A program made the position numbers and the translations under genes. Below, piece after piece: positions 18,521 through 28,085 of a stretch of 64,000 bases of DNA. The notes beneath the pieces are model-generated. The model ran no database searches. It was not told where the DNA came from and saw nothing but the letters and a program-made list of their open reading frames with translations. Location: positions 142,857 through 206,856 of the IMG/VR virus record IMGVR_UViG_3300028883_000032. One strand, given 5' to 3'. Position 1 is the first letter of the stretch; every line of letters begins with the position of its first letter.

Positions 18521-19450
18521 ATGACTAAACAATCTATAAGCATATATAGTGTCCTTGATAAATCTCAAGAATATATAGAAGATATTATCTCTAACAAAGA
18601 AAAGCATTATATTACTTTTAGAATACCAAAACGTAATGGGCGTTTTCGTAAAATAGAGGCTCCTGACGACGCCTTAAAAGAGTTACAAACCACAATAAAC
18701 GAAAAAGTATTTTCTATTTATAAACCCCATCGTATAGCGCACGGATTTATTTCTAATAGATCGCCGAAAACAAATGCGGAAGCGCATGTGGGGGCAAAAA
18801 TAATCGTGGAAGTGGATATAAAGGATTTTTTCCCATCCATTAAAAAAGACAGGGTTATTAAAGTACTTGAGTACTTATTTGTTCAAAAAGCTGGAATGTT
18901 TAAATCTTCCGCCCATAAGCAGGAAGCAATAAAAGTCATATCAGAATTAATTACTCACCATGATAGGCTACCCCAAGGAGCCCCAACTAGTCCACCGTTT
19001 AGTAATCTATCGGTGCTAGGAATGGATAAAGACTTATTAAAATTAGAAGAGCCTTATGGTGCAACCGTAACTAGATACGCAGATGATATCACAATGTCAT
19101 CAGAATACAATGTACAATTGCCACAAGTTATCCCGGAATTACGTAAAATAGTGACCAAATATGGGTTTAAATTAAACAACGTTAAGACTCGAGTTATTCG
19201 ACAAAATCGTAGGATGTTGGTAACTGGAGTAGTAGTTAACGAAAAACCGAACATTAGAAAGGATGTTCGACGTAGTTTAAGAGCTAAATTACATAATTAC
19301 AATAGGGATCACACCCCTATCACCCAAGAAGAATACCAACGTATTCAGGGGCAAATTGCTTGGATTAAGTATTTAAACCCTCTCCATGGAGATAGGCTCG
19401 GAGAACAATTGGACCGCGTTCAACGAGAAGAACCCACAGTAGTCTTATAG
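18521..19450 (+). CDS. retron-type reverse transcriptase
   Basis: IPKRNG..RKIEAP, region X NAEAH, DIKDFFPSI, LPQGAPTSP, YADD, region Y VTG; no fused effector. Confidence 0.92.
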   Translation: MTKQSISIYSVLDKSQEYIEDIISNKEKHYITFRIPKRNGRFRKIEAPDDALKELQTTINEKVFSIYKPHRIAHGFISNRSPKTNAEAHVGAKIIVEVDIKDFFPSIKKDRVIKVLEYLFVQKAGMFKSSAHKQEAIKVISELITHHDRLPQGAPTSPPFSNLSVLGMDKDLLKLEEPYGATVTRYADDITMSSEYNVQLPQVIPELRKIVTKYGFKLNNVKTRVIRQNRRMLVTGVVVNEKPNIRKDVRRSLRAKLHNYNRDHTPITQEEYQRIQGQIAWIKYLNPLHGDRLGEQLDRVQREEPTVVL

Positions 19451-19538
19451 GCTATGAAAAAACATAAGTTCTGGTGGATGTACAAATTCACTAACAGCAT
19501 ATTGCTGATGGTCCAGTATTTATTTTATAGAAGAGAGG

Positions 19539-19784
19539 GTGGTATTGTTGCCTCATTTCAAAGCATTATTAACAATTGGGTTAAAAGAAACAGACCCGGA
19601 CAACACGAGAAGAAAAAGAATTAATTATACGAAGGGTAGGGATATTATAAAATGGTATCGTGCCCCTAGTATATCCGATGCAATGGGTATATCTCGTAAA
19701 ACGAGATACTCAAGGATTAAATATATCACTGAAATAAGTCACGATGATTATGTCAAAGGTGTAGCGCGCCACCACGAATATTAA
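19539..19784 (+). CDS. hypothetical basic protein downstream of RT (start uncertain)
   Basis: ORF track; an overlapping ~56-aa ORF from 19454 is also possible. Confidence 0.35.
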   Translation: MVLLPHFKALLTIGLKETDPDNTRRKRINYTKGRDIIKWYRAPSISDAMGISRKTRYSRIKYITEISHDDYVKGVARHHEY

Positions 19785-19921
19785 AATTGGCATAAGAATA
19801 TGTGGCGAGGGCGGTGCCCACCAGAAACCTCGTGTTTCTGGCCCTAAAATATGTGGGACATAAAAAACATTTAGAAACTATTGAAGAAGTATTTAGTGCA
19901 TTTAGAGAATATTAGATAAGT

Positions 19922-19994
19922 GTTACTGTAGCTCAATTAGTAGAGCGCCCCGCGATAAAACGGGGAGGTGTTGGAGCAAGGCCAACCAGTAATA
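19922..19994 (+). ncRNA. aberrant tRNA-like element
   Basis: Cloverleaf GTTACTG/CAGTAAT, GCTC/GAGC, CCCCG/CGGGG with 8-nt loop CGATAAAA, GTTGG/CCAAC with non-canonical T loop AGCAAGG. Confidence 0.6.
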
Positions 19995-20137
19995 GAGAGA
20001 TTGTCCGCCGGGTCTAGCAAATAGATATTCGTAAAGGCAAGCTAGTACTTCCCCGCTGGGGTGGTCTCTCATTTTTTAGCCTATTGATTTTTACTACGGA
20101 AATGTGTATATTAATATACAACAACCAAGTATTATAT

Positions 20138-21484
20138 ATGGCTAGAAAACCTAGAATTTTAGCATGGTGTGATACTCCCACAGTAACTACCGGTTTTGGA
20201 AATGTGGCAAAAAATTTGCTTAGAGATGCCCATAAAGAGTTCGATATTGATATAGTAGGTATTAATTACTGGGGGACTAAAAAATATGATACAGACAAGT
20301 GGTTCATTTATTCTACTGGACACAATATGGATCAGATGGGATACAAAGTTCTTCCACTAGCCATGGAAAGCAGTAAACCCGATCTTGTTTTTTTATTCCA
20401 AGACTTGTTTGCTATCGATTTAGCATACCCATTAATACGCAAAGTAGATAAAGATACTCCTGTTGTCATATATTTTCCGATAGATGGTGGACCATTCAGT
20501 CGTACATGGGGAAATGTTTTAGAAGACAAAGGCATAAAGAAAATATTCACCTATTCTGAATTTGCAAACAGAGAAATACTTAAAGTAGTTCCAGATCTAA
20601 ATAAAGAGTTAGAAATAATGTATCATGGAGTTGATGTGGATACATTTAAACTTCTTCCCAAAGAGGAGGTGGACGAATTTAACCGTAGTAGGGGCTGGGA
20701 TGGTAGGTTTGTAATGATGAATCTTAATAAATTTCAGCCTCGAAAAAATATCATGAACACAGTACTGGTGGGGTCACTGTTGGTTCATGGGTACAAGAAA
20801 TGCAGATGCGGGCACTATTATTTATCAAAATATGATACTTGCGATTTAAACGGTTGTGGTCAAGAGGACGTAATAGAAGAAGTTAAACCAAAACGTGATA
20901 TAACTTTATATATGCACATGAACATAATGGAGCGTATAATGGGACCATTAAGATCATGTGGGTTGTCTGCCATTGCATTAAATACAGGATGGACCGATGC
21001 CGATATAGACAAATATGGTACTTTGGCCCTTCTTGATCCTGAAAGGAATTTAGTATCAAACCCCTTCAGTGAAGAAGAATTAAATATGTTATATAACGCA
21101 ATAAGCGTAAATATAACAACAACTTTGGGAGAAGGGTGTGGTTTATCACTGTTAGAAAGTGCCGCCACAGGCACAACTAGTATAGCACCCAACCATAGTG
21201 CAATTCCAGAACAAATAGGTGACACCGGGCACCTTGTAAAAAATGCAGCATACTTCTCTATGCACAATGATAATTCTCACATGCGTCCAATAGTGAGTGT
21301 TCCCGCGATGGTTGATGCGGTTGAAATTGAATATAAGAAATGGCTAGACAATGGCAGGGAAAAAATAATAAATTATGCTGCAATAGAACGGGTTCATGAG
21401 AAGTTTTTATGGGACGATAAACGTGAACAATTAATGTCTGCTTTTAGAGAATTAACCAAAGATGTAAACAATGAAAAAGAGTGA
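20138..21484 (+). CDS. GT-B (family 4-like) glycosyltransferase
   Basis: TGFGNV, HGVD, RKN, EGCGLSLLES; Cys-rich insertion. Confidence 0.88.
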   Translation: MARKPRILAWCDTPTVTTGFGNVAKNLLRDAHKEFDIDIVGINYWGTKKYDTDKWFIYSTGHNMDQMGYKVLPLAMESSKPDLVFLFQDLFAIDLAYPLIRKVDKDTPVVIYFPIDGGPFSRTWGNVLEDKGIKKIFTYSEFANREILKVVPDLNKELEIMYHGVDVDTFKLLPKEEVDEFNRSRGWDGRFVMMNLNKFQPRKNIMNTVLVGSLLVHGYKKCRCGHYYLSKYDTCDLNGCGQEDVIEEVKPKRDITLYMHMNIMERIMGPLRSCGLSAIALNTGWTDADIDKYGTLALLDPERNLVSNPFSEEELNMLYNAISVNITTTLGEGCGLSLLESAATGTTSIAPNHSAIPEQIGDTGHLVKNAAYFSMHNDNSHMRPIVSVPAMVDAVEIEYKKWLDNGREKIINYAAIERVHEKFLWDDKREQLMSAFRELTKDVNNEKE

Positions 21485-22043
21485 ATTGTTAATTTATATA
21501 CTGGGTAGAGCTAATAAGATAGTAAACATTACATATGACAAAAATGTCGGCATAGAATATTTAGCACTCCAAGCCGCCATTGAATTATTTAATAGTTCTG
21601 ATATAGGTCATAAATATAAAGCATCATATCTGGTAATGAATCCTAGTGATATTGCTGAACTAAAAAATAAAATGGGGCATGTGGAAGAAAGTTCAATAGA
21701 AGATGAGGCATATCCAATATTATTTGGTATGAAGATTATTGAAACAAATGAAGTGTCTCCAGGATGTGTGATAGCTTCCGCATCAGAAGAATATTTGACC
21801 GAGTTTCCCAATACTGTTGCAAAAGCAGTAAAAGTTGATAAAAACAAAATTAGTAAGTTTTACACTAACGCCACTGCCGATGAGCATGATGGGGAGGAAA
21901 CTGACTTAATGGAAGTGCGTAATGTAATTTATTATCGTAAATTAGTTCCGCACAAGCCGGGATGGCGTGAAGTGATGATAGAAGGAAACCCTCCAAAGGA
22001 ATTGAATGGCTGGCCTTATCGAGTTTTTAAAAAACCAGAGTAA
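21471..22043 (+). CDS. hypothetical protein
   Basis: 190-aa ORF coupled to the glycosyltransferase gene. Confidence 0.6.
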   Translation: MKKSELLIYILGRANKIVNITYDKNVGIEYLALQAAIELFNSSDIGHKYKASYLVMNPSDIAELKNKMGHVEESSIEDEAYPILFGMKIIETNEVSPGCVIASASEEYLTEFPNTVAKAVKVDKNKISKFYTNATADEHDGEETDLMEVRNVIYYRKLVPHKPGWREVMIEGNPPKELNGWPYRVFKKPE

Positions 22044-22049
22044 CCAATT

Positions 22050-22343
22050 ATGCCTTTACCTTGTTGTGCACTATGTTATGAAAAATACTTAACTATTGAT
22101 GACGTAGATATGGAGAAGTATGGTTCAGAAGGATCATTACCTTTAGAAAAGCGTAGGGATTGGTATTTTAAGGAGCACTTAAAAAAAGATGGTGAAGACT
22201 TAACTTTTCACCAAGACCAGTTCGATGAAGCTTTAGCTAGATATCAGGAAAAATATGGCGATAGATACTGGGTCATGCACAAGGGCAAGAACGGGGTTTG
22301 TGACTGTGACTGTCATGTTCATGGGCTTAATTTACGGCATTAA
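22050..22343 (+). CDS. Cys/His-rich hypothetical protein
   Basis: CCALC...CDCDCH. Confidence 0.6.
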   Translation: MPLPCCALCYEKYLTIDDVDMEKYGSEGSLPLEKRRDWYFKEHLKKDGEDLTFHQDQFDEALARYQEKYGDRYWVMHKGKNGVCDCDCHVHGLNLRH

Positions 22344-22434
22344 TTTAAGGTATAAGAATTTGTGTAACCCCACTAATTGGTGGGGTTTTTTCGGTATAAG
22401 ATTGTATCTTATACATTTACTTCTTGGAGGTCAG

Positions 22435-22620
22435 ATGTCAAAGTTTCAACCACTGCCAGCTCGTTGCCCCAATAAGAAATGTAAGGGGCGAAAACGCAAG
22501 AAATCTACGCTCGTTTGGCATGGAATCGGCATGAAATACGATGGACACTGTACGTCGTGTGGTCATAACTTCAATATAACTCTAACCCATTCCCACCAGC
22601 AACGTTTAACAATGTGTTGA
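22435..22620 (+). CDS. small zinc-finger protein
   Basis: GGAGG SD; CPNKKC...CTSC. Confidence 0.55.
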   Translation: MSKFQPLPARCPNKKCKGRKRKKSTLVWHGIGMKYDGHCTSCGHNFNITLTHSHQQRLTMC

Positions 22621-22648
22621 GATTGGGTGAAAAAGAAAGTGAGGTCTC

Positions 22649-22990
22649 ATGGCGTCCAAAAAAAGGTGGTTGGAGGCTAGTGAAAAGATCGCTGTCCTCT
22701 GTGATAGAGAAAGTCAGCCGCGCATCTGCCCTTTTTGTTACCTTGCAAGGTACTCGAAAAATAGCTTTATTTGCGAGATGTGCGTCTATCAGTACATCTC
22801 TGAAGGGCTCGAAATAAACGAGAAGCCTGGGGTTAGCTCTCTTAACGGCTACCACCACATCTGCCTTCATGTCGGACCCGCACTATACACCATACCGCGG
22901 GGGATATGGCACCGTACCGTTGTGCAAGAGAGGATCAAGGCCATGCCTGACGAGCATCCGCTCTTCAAGGTGGGGAATGAAGAAACATGA
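22649..22990 (+). CDS. Cys-rich hypothetical protein
   Basis: CPFC, CEMC; GAGGT SD. Confidence 0.5.
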   Translation: MASKKRWLEASEKIAVLCDRESQPRICPFCYLARYSKNSFICEMCVYQYISEGLEINEKPGVSSLNGYHHICLHVGPALYTIPRGIWHRTVVQERIKAMPDEHPLFKVGNEET

Positions 22991-23162
22991 AGTTTTCGTA
23001 AGTAACCCGAAAGGGGAGAAAGGGGCCATAGGCTTAAAGCACAGTGTTTTATGCTTGGGATAAACGTCCGCCGGTAACCCCGCTGGGGCGCCCGAGAAAA
23101 ATTGATCTGCGCTTCCCTACGGCATAAGGGGAAGCCTAAGACCAAATCTTGCCTACCTTACG

Positions 23163-23192
23163 AAAAAGGCTCTCATATTTGAGAGCCTTTTT
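23163..23192. terminator. bidirectional terminator
   Basis: AAAAAGGCTCTCA-tatt-TGAGAGCCTTTTT between convergent blocks. Confidence 0.8.
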
Positions 23193-23377
23193 TAGTCTAA
23201 GTCTTCTTTAGCCCATTCCAAAAGAACATAGGCTTTTGGGTTGGTTCCTTGAGACATAAATATCCTTTTATCTAGAATAATAACTTCCGGATCGTTTATT
23301 AATGATTCTAACATTTGTTTTTGGTCGTCGATATCTATACAAAATTTATCTACGAAATGGACTAAATTATCATCCAT
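23192..23377 (-). CDS. hypothetical protein
   Basis: ORF with GGAGAG SD. Confidence 0.55.
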   Translation of the reverse strand: MDDNLVHFVDKFCIDIDDQKQMLESLINDPEVIILDKRIFMSQGTNPKAYVLLEWAKEDLD

Positions 23378-23379
23378 TT

Positions 23380-23541
23380 TTACTCTCCTTCGCGGACAGC
23401 TTCGGCGAGTTTAGTTTCCTCTTGGGTGTCAGGTTTCCATTCACCGGTTTTTTCTAGCTTTTTTTTCTCGGATGTAGAGACTTCTTTTTTTTCTCCTGTT
23501 TTGTCATTAACCATGACATTAACATCACCATATTTTTCCAT
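23380..23541 (-). CDS. small hypothetical protein (53 aa, not in ORF track)
   Basis: MEKYGDVNVMV...REGE; AGGAG SD; fills gap after portal. Confidence 0.55.
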   Translation of the reverse strand: MEKYGDVNVMVNDKTGEKKEVSTSEKKKLEKTGEWKPDTQEETKLAEAVREGE

Positions 23542-23553
23542 TGTTACTCCTGG

Positions 23554-25437
23554 TTACGGATTACCTTTTTTAGGGGCCGTATGTTTTTCTTGTTTAGCTT
23601 TAGCCACTTGTGCGTTAGCTTTTTGTTGATCTATGTCTTGCTTACGGGACTGCTGTTCAGCTTCTATCATTTCTGGCATTGCGGCCATCATTGCATTTTG
23701 TATCATTTGTGCACGCTTCATAACAGCAGATGCAAAGTAAGGAGCACTTTTCTGCATATTTACAACAACTTGCTGTTGTTGTTTTGGTGGCATCGCGATT
23801 AATTGCAAAGCATATTTATGTATAATTTCACTAGTATCCTCGCTTGTATTTCCGGTTTCAATTTTTGTCATTTCTTCTGCCAGCTCTTCATCTATCATCT
23901 TTTCGTCGATTCTTGCTTTCTCATCAAGATACGCCCACTCTGCTCCAGCTTGTGCCCTCCCTTGTTCAATGAAGCCAATTGAAGCTGCGGCAGCATCGCC
24001 CTCCGCCACTTTTGATTTTAGCTTATTTTCAAATTCAATGTCTTTTTCTTTTCTATCTCTATCTTTATCAGGATCAATACCAAATTCTTGTAGAAGAGCA
24101 GTATTGGATATTTTCCCGGCCTCGTTAAGTTCAAAATGAAGTCTCTTCGATTCAGAATCATCGTTCATTTTAAATTTTGTCATTCTTAAACTAATTTTAT
24201 TGTAGCTGAGAATCGCAGCTAGTCTTGGAATGAGAAATTGATTTATGAAATCATGTAAATCTTCACGGTAGGCAATAAAGTCGTTTTCAACAATACGCAA
24301 GGATATACTAGACCCTGTCCATGAAGCTCCCCCTTTAACAAATTCAATAGGAACACCAAAGGAGTTAATAACAGTTTCCTCCAAAAATTTCATTTCAGGG
24401 GTGGTCATTAAAGCTCTGGCATCTCCTCCAAGAGACTGATATCCAATTGGTATTGGGAAAATTCCTATATGGTTAGGGTCCCTTTTCCATTTCTTTATCT
24501 GCTCTTCAATTTGACTTCTCCACTCACCAAGGTTCATTCCTATAATTGGGTTATCTGAACCATTGCTGGCTGGGAATAGAGCTCGTAAAGGAACAACGTG
24601 TTCCATAGCTATCGCTTCATTACCGCGACGCAAAGTTTGCATGTAGTAAATAAGTCCAAGAGCGGGGAGAATCATTGGTTTCCCCCACGCCTCGTCGTCT
24701 TCGCTTAGTGTTGGTTGCTTGAAATGGTAAATATTTTTTGGGTCTAGTTGTATTTTCTTATTAGCCTCTATTGCCTTGATGAATAACCAAGGGGTTTTAT
24801 CTACTATTGGTATGGTTCCTTTTTTTACGTCTGCCTTTAATTCCGGTTTAACATTATAAAAATAGTCGGCTTCTCCTGTAAACTCATCATAATCAATTTC
24901 AATTCTTTCTGGCGCCAAAGCGACAACTTTTACAGAATCTGCTGTTTTTTGTGGAACATCATCCACACCAAACTCGTTAATCTGGGCTTTACATTTAGGG
25001 CAAGTCCCCGAATACTTAAATTGCCTAAATTTACGATCCTTTATTGAATGGAGTTGGTGCTTTTCTCCGCACGATGAGCATGTTAACCATCGTTTAAATT
25101 TAAGGTTAAGGAGTACAATACAGTTTCCAAACACCATAAAATCCAATCCAATTTTTTTCAATAGGGATTTTAGTTTGATTTCAAATTTTAAAAGATTCTC
25201 CCAATTCTCTTTTTCTTCTTGATCTGCGTATTTTTCTATTATTGGTTGTGTAATTGGATAACTTACCATTTTTCCTATTACACTTCTTAAAAATTCATTC
25301 CTATAAAAGAAAATTCTACAATGTTTAAAGAGAGTTTTAATATTCTTTGGCATATATGTTCGAGACATATCAAAGAATGGGCTAGGATATTTGTTACTGC
25401 TGTTTGATGATTTATCTATAAAATAACTAGTTGACAT
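23554..25437 (-). CDS. portal protein (putative)
   Basis: DFMVFGN, IYHFK..WGKP, FGVP portal-like pattern; CxxC insertion; coiled C-terminus. Confidence 0.65.
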   Translation of the reverse strand: MSTSYFIDKSSNSSNKYPSPFFDMSRTYMPKNIKTLFKHCRIFFYRNEFLRSVIGKMVSYPITQPIIEKYADQEEKENWENLLKFEIKLKSLLKKIGLDFMVFGNCIVLLNLKFKRWLTCSSCGEKHQLHSIKDRKFRQFKYSGTCPKCKAQINEFGVDDVPQKTADSVKVVALAPERIEIDYDEFTGEADYFYNVKPELKADVKKGTIPIVDKTPWLFIKAIEANKKIQLDPKNIYHFKQPTLSEDDEAWGKPMILPALGLIYYMQTLRRGNEAIAMEHVVPLRALFPASNGSDNPIIGMNLGEWRSQIEEQIKKWKRDPNHIGIFPIPIGYQSLGGDARALMTTPEMKFLEETVINSFGVPIEFVKGGASWTGSSISLRIVENDFIAYREDLHDFINQFLIPRLAAILSYNKISLRMTKFKMNDDSESKRLHFELNEAGKISNTALLQEFGIDPDKDRDRKEKDIEFENKLKSKVAEGDAAAASIGFIEQGRAQAGAEWAYLDEKARIDEKMIDEELAEEMTKIETGNTSEDTSEIIHKYALQLIAMPPKQQQQVVVNMQKSAPYFASAVMKRAQMIQNAMMAAMPEMIEAEQQSRKQDIDQQKANAQVAKAKQEKHTAPKKGNP

Positions 25438-25961
25438 TATTTAAGCTCCTCAAGCTGCATCATGCGGGTATATAGCAAAAGTTCCGCTAATCTTTGTGCT
25501 TGAGTCATGGTTGGAGTATCCGCGTCTACGGGTGTTTCTGGGTCCATTATAATTTTAGCTTTTTCGTAAATAGTTGAATCTGCATCAGGTAGCCTATCAC
25601 AACCGTAGGGGTAAAAAGAATGTATCGCCCCAGAATTAAAAACATGTTTAATATAAGATTGAACTTCCCACGAAAACTCAAAATTTGTTTTTAGTAATCT
25701 ACGCGCAAAGTCTATTGCATACCATATATGTTTTGGAGAAACCTCTTGAATTTCTGTGAAATCAACGGAAAGCCTGTTTATAGCTCTCACAATATTTTCA
25801 AATTGGTACATGTCCTCAAAAAAATATTGGGATTGCATAAGGGCCCTAGCAGCCATTACCCAAGCAAAATCTAGTTCATCTATATCAGGTGGAAGATTTA
25901 TACGAATAGTTTCGGGCTCAAGTTCCTCTGAAGTTTCAATAAGATCTCGAATAGTCATCAT
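25437..25961 (-). CDS. hypothetical virion-module protein
   Basis: Translationally coupled to portal. Confidence 0.6.
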   Translation of the reverse strand: MMTIRDLIETSEELEPETIRINLPPDIDELDFAWVMAARALMQSQYFFEDMYQFENIVRAINRLSVDFTEIQEVSPKHIWYAIDFARRLLKTNFEFSWEVQSYIKHVFNSGAIHSFYPYGCDRLPDADSTIYEKAKIIMDPETPVDADTPTMTQAQRLAELLLYTRMMQLEELK

Positions 25962-25963
25962 TA

Positions 25964-26287
25964 TTATTGGTTTTTACGTTCTACTAGCTTGTTAGATAAC
26001 AAATTAAATAGAGCAAATGACGCGGCAGTTGCCGGAACATTTTTAATTACTTTGGGTATAACACCTTGATACATAACTTTTGTTTTACCAAAAGCGCCGT
26101 TTGCTTTGCGAAGTTTCTTCTGAATAATATGCCAATTACCAGTTTGCTTCGCAGTAGCATAGGTATCTATTGGGTGAGATACAAGTGTGGCTCCAGCTCC
26201 AGCTAATCCACCAATTACAGCATTCTCGGTATCAGTTAGTTCCTTCTTTTTGGTACCAACCTTGTTAAAACCTAAATTCCTAAGCAT
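25964..26287 (-). CDS. single mitochondrial-carrier (Solcar)-like repeat protein
   Basis: GGLAGAGATLVSHPIDTYATAKQ...MYQGVIPKVIKNVPATAASFALFNLL. Confidence 0.6.
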   Translation of the reverse strand: MLRNLGFNKVGTKKKELTDTENAVIGGLAGAGATLVSHPIDTYATAKQTGNWHIIQKKLRKANGAFGKTKVMYQGVIPKVIKNVPATAASFALFNLLSNKLVERKNQ

Positions 26288-27408
26288 TATAGCTCCGAAA
26301 GCAATCCACTGCGTGTCGGCAAAGGTAAGGATTTTAACACATCTAGTCCTTCCGGCCCTGACAAGTCCTCAGCTGTATCTTTATCTACATAAGCACTAAT
26401 ATCTTTTTCAGATAGCTTCTGTAAATCTGCGGAAGTTACTAATTGCCCGTCCACGATAGCCTCGGCAATTTTTTCTGTCTTGAGAGTAGCAATTAACGGA
26501 TCTTCAATTCTGGTATTATAAAACTTTCTCCCGCCCCACTCTTCATCAAGTCTTTCTAAAAGTGCTGCTATTTTTATAGGACCAAATTCAGCCTTTTTCT
26601 CAATTAGTTTGTCATAGAGCCCCTGCACTTCGTGTTCTACTGGTGCGTATGACTTCCTTATATTGATGTGTTTACCAAAATTTTCGTTAAACTCATCAGC
26701 TATAAGATCGGAGTATTTATTAAATAAGCCTGCAATTTTGACGCCGTCTTCTTTAACTTCCTGCGCATCGACAGCCTTTGCCAAATTCATTGCAAATTCT
26801 AGCCTGTCTCCCAATTCTAATTCTATATAGTTATTATCAAAATAAGAATTGGCTGTTTTTACATATTCCGGGGAATCGAGTCTCCATCTTTTTTCTTTCG
26901 GTAATGCAAAGTCACTGCTGGCCTCCAAACCCGCATTTTTTTGCATTAGCGAATTATTACGACGCTTCTTAGCCCAAGCAACTTTGTCTATTTCATCAGT
27001 ATTTACAATGTTGCCATTATTGGGAATCTCCCCGACATACTGTTCAAGATCTTCAGGGAAGTCGAATCCCCAGCGTTTCGATGCCTTCTTTAAATAATAA
27101 GAAGCTGTTTTACATATCTCGTCTGGAAGACTATCGGCTTTTGCAGCTAAAAGTTTAGCATTTAATTCAGATAAATCTTTAGAAATATGTGCGAATTTAT
27201 TAAAACTCCCAACCCCCGGAATTCGTAGGACAAGAGCCACGTCATGTTTACCTAGCTCTTGTTGTTCTTCATCTGTAGGAACGTGTGCTTCTTTAATGGA
27301 ATCATCCATGGAGTCCATTACTCCGATAATAAGAGTGGTGTCCCCACTAGACAGTTCATCCACTACATCGTACCTAAGCGTTGCCAGTTTGTTCATTTGA
27401 TTCTCCAA
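26287..27408 (-). CDS. hypothetical (putative head/internal) protein
   Basis: 373 aa, repeated KxA motifs. Confidence 0.55.
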   Translation of the reverse strand: MENQMNKLATLRYDVVDELSSGDTTLIIGVMDSMDDSIKEAHVPTDEEQQELGKHDVALVLRIPGVGSFNKFAHISKDLSELNAKLLAAKADSLPDEICKTASYYLKKASKRWGFDFPEDLEQYVGEIPNNGNIVNTDEIDKVAWAKKRRNNSLMQKNAGLEASSDFALPKEKRWRLDSPEYVKTANSYFDNNYIELELGDRLEFAMNLAKAVDAQEVKEDGVKIAGLFNKYSDLIADEFNENFGKHINIRKSYAPVEHEVQGLYDKLIEKKAEFGPIKIAALLERLDEEWGGRKFYNTRIEDPLIATLKTEKIAEAIVDGQLVTSADLQKLSEKDISAYVDKDTAEDLSGPEGLDVLKSLPLPTRSGLLSEL

Positions 27409-28073
27409 CTGATAAGTTCATTCATAATTATGTTTCCGGGACAATCTGGTTTCTGGTCTTGTGCTTCACAATGCCCCTTCACATTAAGTTTACTAATAGA
27501 ATATCGATTTGTCAATAGGTCCAATAGGCGTTTTAGACTTCTTAATTGGGGAGGAGTAGGAACTTCTTTTCCTTTATAGCTAGGACCAGCAAAATCTCCT
27601 AACACTAGAACGCCTATCGCCGTGGAATTTTTACCTTTAGTGTGCCATACCAAGTCACTAACTTTGTTAGCTTGGTACAGCCTACCACTTTTACCAATAA
27701 CAAAATGGTAGCAAATATGTGGACAACCATCCGGACTTATATGGTTTCTCTCCCAAGCAGCTATTGTACCATCATGGTCTCTATCGTGTGTTGGAGTAAT
27801 GTGGTACTTATTAATAGCTTCTATTGTCCCTGTGGAGGCTGCTTGATGAACAATAATTGAATCTATGTTTGATACAGTCCTCTTACTCCACTTTCTTCCT
27901 TCTGGGTATTTTTCATTCCCGGAATGCCACGGCAATACATTTATAACATTATAAATGGTTGGTTCTAGATCCCTCTTTACTTTTGGTAAAGATGGTAGTT
28001 CTTGCATGGTCTGTTCATCTTCTTTCTTATTAAATAAAACTGACCACGGTCCTAACAAATTTCGTAAACTCAT
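27393..28073 (-). CDS. N-acetylmuramoyl-L-alanine amidase (endolysin)
   Basis: IIVHQ, CYHFVI, WHTKGKN, GHCE...DCPG (Amidase_2). Confidence 0.9.
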   Translation of the reverse strand: MSLRNLLGPWSVLFNKKEDEQTMQELPSLPKVKRDLEPTIYNVINVLPWHSGNEKYPEGRKWSKRTVSNIDSIIVHQAASTGTIEAINKYHITPTHDRDHDGTIAAWERNHISPDGCPHICYHFVIGKSGRLYQANKVSDLVWHTKGKNSTAIGVLVLGDFAGPSYKGKEVPTPPQLRSLKRLLDLLTNRYSISKLNVKGHCEAQDQKPDCPGNIIMNELISWRIK

Positions 28074-28085
28074 AACTCCCTTTGG

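Noticed and set aside
18521-19450. RT as group II intron, DGR or CRISPR-associated RT
   Set aside because: It has retron NAxxH and VTG motifs; I saw no maturase/domain V, TR-VR repeat pair or cas genes
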